Origin: a virus
Direction: 5' to 3' (one strand)
Virus record (IMG/VR): IMGVR_UViG_3300042541_001664
Location: 1 to 64,000 of that record
DNA length: 64,000 nucleotides
Shown: piece after piece, positions 57,039-64,000 of the stretch
Numbering within the stretch: position 1 is the first letter of the stretch
Layout: the number at the start of each line of letters is the position of its first letter
Notes under the pieces: model-generated
What the model was told of the DNA's origin: nothing
Seen by the model: the letters and a program-made list of their open reading frames with translations, nothing else
The model's database searches: none
Translations under genes and position numbers: made by a program

Positions 57039-57281
57039 ATGGGAATCACAAAAGAAATTATAAGTGGGACTAAAATTATTAACGAAATTAAATCTAGTAA
57101 CATTAAGAAAAGCGAATATGACTTAAATACGAAAAAGTTATTGATTACATTCAATAATGATATTATGTATGAGTATGACGATGTTCCACATAAATTATAT
57201 ACTCAATTTAGATTATCAGAATCTCAGGGTAAATTCTTTAGCACAAATATTGCTAAAAATTTTAAATATGTTAAAAAATGA
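57039..57281 (+). CDS. KTSC domain protein
   Basis: SSNIKKSEYD...L.ITF...YEYDDVP...ESQGKFF; ATATTTAT at 57014-57021. Confidence 0.8.
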   Translation: MGITKEIISGTKIINEIKSSNIKKSEYDLNTKKLLITFNNDIMYEYDDVPHKLYTQFRLSESQGKFFSTNIAKNFKYVKK

Positions 57282-58021
57282 AAGATAATATAATTCAAAG
57301 TTTTGTAGTTAAAGACACCTTGAACCCCAAGGTTTGGGAATCACCAAATGATATAAAGAAAGCAAAAATTAAATCTGAAATTAAAAAGGGTTTATTAGAT
57401 ATTGCAAAAGAATTTATTGAATTTCTGGATGAGGAAGTCTTTATTGAGGACATAATTCTTACTGGTTCATTATCAAATTATAATTGGTCGGAATATTCAG
57501 ATTTTGATTTACATATTATTATTGATTTGGAACAATTTGATGACGAAGGAGAAGTATATTTAAAATTATTTTCAGCAAAGAAATTAATATTTAATGATAA
57601 ACACAATTTAACCATAAAAGGCTATGATGTTGAGGTTTATCCCCAAGATTCAAAAGAGAAACACACAGCAGAAGGGCAATATTCATTAATGAATAGTGAG
57701 TGGTTGGTTGTCCCCAAGAAAGAGAAACCCCCAATCAACAAGCCAAAATTAAAATTAAAAATTGACCATTGGGTTGAAGTTGTTAAAAAGACATTAATGA
57801 CAGCTGATAAAGCATCATTAAAAGTTGCCAAAGAGAAAATGACCAAATTAAGTGATAAATTAAGAAAATTCAGAAAACGAGGTTTGGAAACTGGGGGCGA
57901 ATTTTCAAATGAAAATTTGGTATATAAATATTTAAGAAGGTCTGGGTTATTGGATAAAATATTTAATTATCAATATAAGAAGAGAACCAAAGAATTATCT
58001 ATTGAGAATGAAATTTATTAA
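57278..58021 (+). CDS. Pol-beta superfamily nucleotidyltransferase
   Basis: LTGSLSNYNWSEYSDFDLH, VEVYPQD, GEFSNENLVYKYLR. Confidence 0.8.
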   Translation: MKDNIIQSFVVKDTLNPKVWESPNDIKKAKIKSEIKKGLLDIAKEFIEFLDEEVFIEDIILTGSLSNYNWSEYSDFDLHIIIDLEQFDDEGEVYLKLFSAKKLIFNDKHNLTIKGYDVEVYPQDSKEKHTAEGQYSLMNSEWLVVPKKEKPPINKPKLKLKIDHWVEVVKKTLMTADKASLKVAKEKMTKLSDKLRKFRKRGLETGGEFSNENLVYKYLRRSGLLDKIFNYQYKKRTKELSIENEIY

Positions 58022-58085
58022 ATTTTATTTTTGCTATACTAATAATTAATATATTTGATATATTTATATATAAAAATAAAATAAA

Positions 58086-58280
58086 ATGGCTATACTAAGT
58101 GCTAATACTTTTTATGAATATACCAAAGGTATGTTGGGGTTTTTTAACGGGCAACCTTTAACTGGAACAACACAAGTTCCCCATCCAGAAACAACTATTC
58201 GCAATTTAACTGGGGGTACTGATACAGTTATTGAATTATCTGCCGTAAAATTAGGTGGAATTAATGGATTAAATAATTAA
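58086..58280 (+). CDS. Small hypothetical protein
   Basis: 64 aa; ATATTTAT at 58060-58067. Confidence 0.7.
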   Translation: MAILSANTFYEYTKGMLGFFNGQPLTGTTQVPHPETTIRNLTGGTDTVIELSAVKLGGINGLNN

Positions 58281-58291
58281 AAAAAAATAAA

Positions 58292-59536
58292 ATGAGTAAA
58301 TTAAAACCAATTGGAAGTGAAAAGCTACAAGGTAGCCAAAAACTAAATAGAATGTTGGAAATTGCAATGTACAAAGAAGTGAATAAAAGTACATTAAATG
58401 AAAACTTCACAAATGAGTATAATATAAGTTTACCAGATGGTTATCAATATTCTATTGTAAAAGAAAAATCAGGTTATATAATAAAAAAAGGTTTAAATGA
58501 ATCAACTTTAGATTACATAGAACCAATGAAGAATAGAACTTATTATAGATCATATTCACAAGCGTTTAAAAAATTAAATTTAATTACAAAAGAATTAAAT
58601 GAATTATACGATAATCCAAATGGAGTGTCGTTATTTGGCGAACAGAAAAAATACACTTTAAAAACACCAACACCCCCACCACCTCCAGCGCCAGTTGATG
58701 AGCCAGCACCAGCACCACCACCAGTTCCACAACCTGAATTACCACCATCACCTCTTGATGGGGGCGGAGCACCACCTATGGATGATAGTGGTATGCCACC
58801 ATCTGATGATATGGGAGACATGCCACCTATGGATGATATGGGTGATATGCCTATGGATGACGAAATGGGTGATGATATGATGGATAAAGGTGATAAAGGT
58901 GAAGAAAAGGTTACATTTAAAACAATCCAGAAATTAACAGGTAGATTAACACAAAAAGTTAGGGCATTAGAAAATGAAGATGGATTAACATCTGAAGAAA
59001 TAAAATATGTTGTAAACATGGTATTATCTTCTTTGAATTTAGATATATTAGAAGAAGATGATAAAGATGATATTATAGCAAAAATTGATGGTTCTGATGA
59101 AGAAGGTGGTGAAGAATCTATGGGAGATGAAGGTATGCCACCTATGGATGATATGGATGGTATGGGCGAACCACCTATGGATGATACTGGTATGCCACCT
59201 GCTGACGATATGGGTGAACCTATGCCAGAAATGACTGAGGATTATGATAACGAAGGTTACCAATATGGAGGTAGATTTAATGAATCAAAAATTGATAGAA
59301 TCATTTCAAATTATTTTGAAAAATCCCCTAATGAACCTAAAACAGATAAAAGATTAATAGAAAACTTTAAAAAAGTTAGGAATTTATCAAAAAGTATGTT
59401 ACAATTAGAAACATCGAAATCTTTTTTGAAAAAAAATAAAAATTATAATGTTATTGGTATAACAAATTTAGATAATATTATTTTAGAAAGTAAAAATAAC
59501 AAAGTAAAGATTGATAAGAGAGGAAATATTATATGA
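58292..59536 (+). CDS. Pro/Asp/Met-rich low-complexity protein, candidate head or scaffold component
   Basis: PPMDD repeats; several LxE/FxE sites; lies in the run leading to the terminase. Confidence 0.7.
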   Translation: MSKLKPIGSEKLQGSQKLNRMLEIAMYKEVNKSTLNENFTNEYNISLPDGYQYSIVKEKSGYIIKKGLNESTLDYIEPMKNRTYYRSYSQAFKKLNLITKELNELYDNPNGVSLFGEQKKYTLKTPTPPPPPAPVDEPAPAPPPVPQPELPPSPLDGGGAPPMDDSGMPPSDDMGDMPPMDDMGDMPMDDEMGDDMMDKGDKGEEKVTFKTIQKLTGRLTQKVRALENEDGLTSEEIKYVVNMVLSSLNLDILEEDDKDDIIAKIDGSDEEGGEESMGDEGMPPMDDMDGMGEPPMDDTGMPPADDMGEPMPEMTEDYDNEGYQYGGRFNESKIDRIISNYFEKSPNEPKTDKRLIENFKKVRNLSKSMLQLETSKSFLKKNKNYNVIGITNLDNIILESKNNKVKIDKRGNII

Positions 59537-59925
59537 ACAATTTAATTTTCATAAACGCATTAGGTACAAATTATAGAGGTGATAATATATATGAGTTTAT
59601 ATTTTCATCATCGAAATCTGCTTGGGGGGAGGATTGGGAATCTAAACCAGCAAACGGTAACCCCAGACCACCAGATTTAGAGTATGTTAGTAAAGTAGGA
59701 ACATTAAATGCAAAATCATATATATTTGAACTAGTACAAAACTCGGATTATTTTTCAATGAATGATTCTGTTGAAGGTATAATAGCATTAGGCTGGGAAA
59801 TGGATGAGGATATTAAAAATCGTCTTATTTTTAGATTTGGGGAAACCGAAGAAAATATAAAAAATAAACTTTATTCAAGGGATTTAATCTTAGAATTTGA
59901 AAAAATTAGTGTTTATGAGAATTAA
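59533..59925 (+). CDS. Hypothetical protein
   Basis: 130 aa; ATGA overlap with the upstream gene. Confidence 0.75.
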   Translation: MNNLIFINALGTNYRGDNIYEFIFSSSKSAWGEDWESKPANGNPRPPDLEYVSKVGTLNAKSYIFELVQNSDYFSMNDSVEGIIALGWEMDEDIKNRLIFRFGETEENIKNKLYSRDLILEFEKISVYEN

Positions 59926-60694
59926 TAAAAAAATACTACAATTAGTACAAGAAGGTTTTCAATTGAAAACTTTACAAAAAATGAGTGAAAGTAATGTGAA
60001 TTATTTATACACTAAACTAATGAATGAGCAAACTTCCACAATTAAAGGGACAATTGCTACTAAAAATGAACCAAAAGCAATTCAGTTAGCAACTAAGGGT
60101 TATAATGTTAGGCTTGAGAAAAAGGAAATGGGTGAGGCAAAGAAAAAACCTCAATCAAAAAATCCTTTTGCAATTTGTACAGCACAATTAAAAAAAGAAT
60201 TTGGAACATCTGAAAGAAGTGAATGGACAAAACCACAACTTAAAAAATATGAAAGATGTGTTATGGATGTTAAGAAAGGAATAAAAGAAGGTGTAAATCC
60301 CGTAGATGTTTTTATTGAAAATGAAATGGATAGAATGATTGAATCCTACACTCAACCGAAAATAACAAAAAGCGAATTATTATTGCATTTAAGAGAACAA
60401 GATGCCCCAACTATTAAACCAGTTGTAAAACCAGCAAAACCAACTACAAAACCAACAAGGAGAGATAATCCATTTATTAACCCAAACCCAAAAGTTAATC
60501 CAGATCCAAAAGCCAATACTGAAACAAAACCAATTGTAAAACCAGCAAAACCAACAACAAAACCAACAAGGAGAGATAATCCATTTATTAACCCAAACCC
60601 AAAAGTTAATCCAGACCCAAAAGCAGTCTCACCTGAAAAAGCAAAAAACGCTATTATAGATAATATTATGCAATTACTAAATTTTGAAAACTAA
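59915..60694 (+). CDS. Hypothetical protein with a duplicated Pro/Lys-rich segment
   Basis: Start MRINKK; LMNEQ and LREQD sites. Confidence 0.75.
   Translation: MRINKKILQLVQEGFQLKTLQKMSESNVNYLYTKLMNEQTSTIKGTIATKNEPKAIQLATKGYNVRLEKKEMGEAKKKPQSKNPFAICTAQLKKEFGTSERSEWTKPQLKKYERCVMDVKKGIKEGVNPVDVFIENEMDRMIESYTQPKITKSELLLHLREQDAPTIKPVVKPAKPTTKPTRRDNPFINPNPKVNPDPKANTETKPIVKPAKPTTKPTRRDNPFINPNPKVNPDPKAVSPEKAKNAIIDNIMQLLNFEN
60416..60624 (+). repeat. Two copies of a ~98-bp segment (111-bp period) encoding KPxVKPAKPTTKPTRRDNPFINPNPKVNPDPKA
   Basis: Near-identical copies at 60416 and 60527. Confidence 0.9.
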
Positions 60695-62037
60695 TGAAGG
60701 ATATTAACAAATTAATAAAAAGAAAACTAAAGGAGCAATTAGATTATAGTGGTTCTGAAAGAATGGATCCAAAACTTGAAAAGAAGTTGGCTGACCCCGA
60801 AAGTATGTTTGCTAAGAACCCAGCATTAAAGAGGGGTTCTTTAGATGTTCAAAAATTATATAGCAGTTCATTTAATGAATTGGTTGAAAAGGTCAGGAAT
60901 ATGACTGGCAAAGATGACTTGACTCCTAATGAATTGGCTAGTGTAATATCAAGCACTATGATGAGAAACGTTCAAGCAATACAGCAGATTGAGAGTTCGA
61001 GTAGTGATGAATTAGTAGAAATAGCAATTGAAGAAACATTAAATGAGATGGAAGTTTCCGATGAAACATTTACTATTAACGCAACATTAGGTATGCCAGG
61101 TAGTGATGTGGTGGGAAAAATGAAAAAAGCTAAAGAGAAAATAGAAGATGAATTAACTTTTGAGGAACAAGAGGTATTAGATGATGAAGTTTTTAAAAGA
61201 GATATTATCAATGCTTTAATCGGTGGGGTAGCAAAAAAAGTACAGTACATTTATGAAAAACCAGAAGTTAAAGCAAGATTGGATGAAATTAATCCAAGAT
61301 TATTTCAATTATATAAATCAACATTACCATTAATTGACCTTCATTTTTATTATTTAAATGAAGATTATATGGATATGGCTAGTGGTGGCGGTGGCGTTGC
61401 TGGTGCTGTTGAAGTTGAGGATGAAGAAGATGAAGAAACAAATGAATTAAAAACTGTTATTAATGCGGCTGGATTTATATTTCCAGTTCTATGTCATGAA
61501 ATAGGTAAGGGTATTCAAGAAGCATTAGCAAGACAAGGTTATCCATCTGACACTAATATGGCTAATATGACATTAGGTCAAGCAGACACATTAAAAGCCG
61601 AAACAGAGGGTTTAAGAATTGGACCAGCTATATTAAAGAAGATAAGAGATATTTTACCAATGGAGGTATTGGATAAATCAGATGTTGGATTAATCAATTT
61701 CTTTTTTGTTGAATTATATAAGATACCTGCAAAAGATTTTCTTAGTTTAATGAAATATGTAATATCAGATAACCCCCAAGATAAGCAATATGCTGAGAGG
61801 GAGTTTGAAGAGTTAGTTCAATTAGCAAGACAAGGCAAACAAAGATATATTGATTATTTAATGAGCCAATATGATGAAGATGAGGAAGAGTTTGATGATG
61901 GTGGATTAGGAGACCAAGATGGTGAAGATGATTCATATTCTGGTGGAAAACAAGGTGGATTTGACCCAAATGATTATGTAAATGTTAATTTAAAAGATTT
62001 ATTAAAAGATTTACGAGATGCAAATATGTTGAATTAA
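60694..62037 (+). CDS. Acidic hypothetical protein with leader (MKDINKLIKRKLKEQ)
   Basis: 447 aa; FPVLCHEIGKG; acidic tail. Confidence 0.78.
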   Translation: MKDINKLIKRKLKEQLDYSGSERMDPKLEKKLADPESMFAKNPALKRGSLDVQKLYSSSFNELVEKVRNMTGKDDLTPNELASVISSTMMRNVQAIQQIESSSSDELVEIAIEETLNEMEVSDETFTINATLGMPGSDVVGKMKKAKEKIEDELTFEEQEVLDDEVFKRDIINALIGGVAKKVQYIYEKPEVKARLDEINPRLFQLYKSTLPLIDLHFYYLNEDYMDMASGGGGVAGAVEVEDEEDEETNELKTVINAAGFIFPVLCHEIGKGIQEALARQGYPSDTNMANMTLGQADTLKAETEGLRIGPAILKKIRDILPMEVLDKSDVGLINFFFVELYKIPAKDFLSLMKYVISDNPQDKQYAEREFEELVQLARQGKQRYIDYLMSQYDEDEEEFDDGGLGDQDGEDDSYSGGKQGGFDPNDYVNVNLKDLLKDLRDANMLN

Positions 62038-62058
62038 ATTTTATTTTTCATAGAATTA

Positions 62059-62090
62059 ACCCCCATTCTTAATTAGTTTGGGGGTTTTTT
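62059..62090 (+). terminator. Terminator, near-identical to 56973-57004
   Basis: ACCCCCA-TTCTTAATTAGTT-TGGGGGT followed by a T run. Confidence 0.75.
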
Positions 62091-62121
62091 ATTTTATGTG
62101 TATTTATATATAAAAGTAAAT

Positions 62122-63885
62122 ATGACAAGAGACCAAGTTTTAATAGAATCTAGTAAGTGTATAAAGAGTACGCCATATTGTTTAAAGACATATTTGCAAA
62201 CATATGACAATACTTCAAAAAAATATGTACCATTAGATTTATTCCCCGACCAAATTAAGTTAGTTGAAGATTTTGATAATCATAATGAAAATATTGCATT
62301 AAAGTATCGACAAGCGGGTGTTTCTACTGTTACGGCAGCATGGGCATCAAAAAGACTAGCATTTGCAAATAAAAATAAGCCAGAGAAAATACTAATTATT
62401 GCCAATAAATTAGATACTGCTGTTGAGATGGCAAATAAAGTTCGTCATTTTATTGAACAATGGCCAAAATGGATTGGTATTGGATTTTCAGTTGAAAAAA
62501 ACTCTGCCAGACATTTTAAATTAAATAATGATTGTGAGGTTAAGGCGGTGGCAACATCAAAGGATGCATTAAGGGGTTATACCCCAACCATTTTGATATT
62601 TGATGAGGCCGCATACATTGAGGCTGACCCAGACTTTTGGGCAGCGAGTATGGCATCTCTTTCAACAGGGGGTAAGGTAATAGTTATATCAACTCCAAAT
62701 GGTTATGATGCAATATATTATGAGATATATGACCAAGCATTAAGAAATATCAATGACTTCAAGATTACTGAAATGGTTTGGTATAGGGATCCTAGATACA
62801 CAAAGGATTTGTATATGGTTAAAACGAAGGATATGATTCATTATTTATTAAATAAAGAAGAATATACATCAGACAATATTATAAACTTATCAACAGATAA
62901 TCCGTATGAACGTGACCACGATAAAGTTACCTCATATATTGAAGAGGGGTATAAGCCATGTTCTTCTTGGTATGAAGGTATGGTTAAAAAATTAAAGTAT
63001 GATAAGAGAAAGGTATCACAAGAGATAGAGAGTAATTTCTTGGGTTCTGGTGATAACGTATTTGATTCAAATTTGTTAATGGACATTAACAAAAATATGT
63101 TAATGAATCCCATATCAAAATTAATGGGAAATAGCTTATGGTTGTTTAAAGAACCAGAAAATGGACATAGATATGTTGCTGGGGTCGATGTTTCAAGGGG
63201 TGATTCTGAGGATTTTTCTACAATACAAATTATTGATTTTGATACGCAAGAGCAAGTTTTAGAATATGTAGGTAAGATACCCCCAGACATATTAGCCGAA
63301 GTCGCATTTAAATGGTGTACAATGTATAGAGCATTTGTTGTTGTGGATTTAACTGGGGGTATGGGCGTTGCCACAGCAAGGAAATTACAAGAATTAAATT
63401 ATCCTAGTTTGTATTATGATAATGTTGATTCAAGCAATAGGTGGAAATATGACCCCAAGATGAATGAAAGAATACCGGGTATAAATTTCAATAGCAAAAG
63501 AGTTCAGATAATTGCATCTTTTGAAGAATGTTTAAGGCATAACTTTAAAATTTATTCAAATAGACTATACAATGAGATGAATACCTTTATATATATAAAT
63601 GGAAGACCAGATCACCAGAAGGGGCATCATGATGATTGTATTATGGCAATAGCTATGGCAACTTATGTGGCTGAAAAATCTTTCCAATCGCTTGAAAAAG
63701 TTGTAAACCACACAAAAGCTATGATTAACTCTTGGTCAACTCACAGTAATACATATAACGACCAATCTCTGTATTTCAACCCATTAGTACCAGCAGGTAA
63801 TAGATATAATGCGAATATAAATAATAATCCAACACTAAATGACTACCAAAAATACGATTGGTTATTTGGTGCACCAAAAAGATAA
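62122..63885 (+). CDS. terL: Terminase large subunit (T4 gp17-like)
   Basis: KYRQAGVST (Walker A), ILIFDEAA (Walker B), ISTPNG, GVDVSRG and HDD nuclease motifs. Confidence 0.93.
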   Translation: MTRDQVLIESSKCIKSTPYCLKTYLQTYDNTSKKYVPLDLFPDQIKLVEDFDNHNENIALKYRQAGVSTVTAAWASKRLAFANKNKPEKILIIANKLDTAVEMANKVRHFIEQWPKWIGIGFSVEKNSARHFKLNNDCEVKAVATSKDALRGYTPTILIFDEAAYIEADPDFWAASMASLSTGGKVIVISTPNGYDAIYYEIYDQALRNINDFKITEMVWYRDPRYTKDLYMVKTKDMIHYLLNKEEYTSDNIINLSTDNPYERDHDKVTSYIEEGYKPCSSWYEGMVKKLKYDKRKVSQEIESNFLGSGDNVFDSNLLMDINKNMLMNPISKLMGNSLWLFKEPENGHRYVAGVDVSRGDSEDFSTIQIIDFDTQEQVLEYVGKIPPDILAEVAFKWCTMYRAFVVVDLTGGMGVATARKLQELNYPSLYYDNVDSSNRWKYDPKMNERIPGINFNSKRVQIIASFEECLRHNFKIYSNRLYNEMNTFIYINGRPDHQKGHHDDCIMAIAMATYVAEKSFQSLEKVVNHTKAMINSWSTHSNTYNDQSLYFNPLVPAGNRYNANINNNPTLNDYQKYDWLFGAPKR

Positions 63886-63894
63886 TAAAATTTT

Positions 63895-64000
63895 ATGGAA
63901 AATAATAATATTAATAGTAATGAAAATAAAACTGTTTGGCAAAGGTTGTCACACACATTTGGACCAAACTCATTATTAAATCAAGATGTTCCAACGTATA
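63895..64000 (+). CDS. 5' end of a CDS running off the window, possibly the portal by position
   Basis: Open frame MENNNINSNENKTVWQRLSHTFGPNSLLNQDVPTY; identity inferred only from synteny. Confidence 0.5.
   Translation, partial: MENNNINSNENKTVWQRLSHTFGPNSLLNQDVPTY

Noticed and set aside
62122-63885. Intein or intron in terminase (also checked by eye in ClpC and ThyX)
   Set aside because: Lengths are ordinary and no splice-junction or LAGLIDADG motifs were seen
1-64000. Stop-codon reassignment as in some Bacteroidota phages
   Set aside because: Genes are intact and densely packed under code 11, and TAG and TGA both end well-defined genes

Overview
This very AT-rich, gene-dense 64 kb segment most likely comes from a large (jumbo-type) tailed phage infecting a Bacteroidota host. 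The phage call rests on a T4-like terminase large subunit at the right end, many endolysin- and holin-like genes, two tRNAs and a tmRNA. The host call rests on Bacteroidota-type TTTG-N19/20-TAnnTTTG promoters, no obvious Shine-Dalgarno sequences and a T9SS-like C-terminal domain. The standard genetic code fits. The most notable structures are: (1) 15 paralogous small LRR proteins with constant caps and 2-6 variable 20-21 aa repeats, in two tandem arrays plus two singletons, with recombination scars; (2) a tandem array of six C5 DNA methyltransferases with different target-recognition regions and an IceA/NlaIII-like HNH nuclease between them; (3) a recurring terminal amphipathic tag ending (L/I/V/F)xE on many unrelated proteins, usually paired with an upstream ATATTTAT motif, a candidate late-expression and head-packaging cassette; (4) a proteostasis set of tmRNA with a 21-codon tag, ClpP, N-domain-less ClpC, Hsp20 with three palindromes plus a sigma54-like site, cyclophilin and thioredoxin; (5) small GGA-rich intergenic units with mutual complementarity. 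All calls are by-eye motif recognition. No database searches were run.
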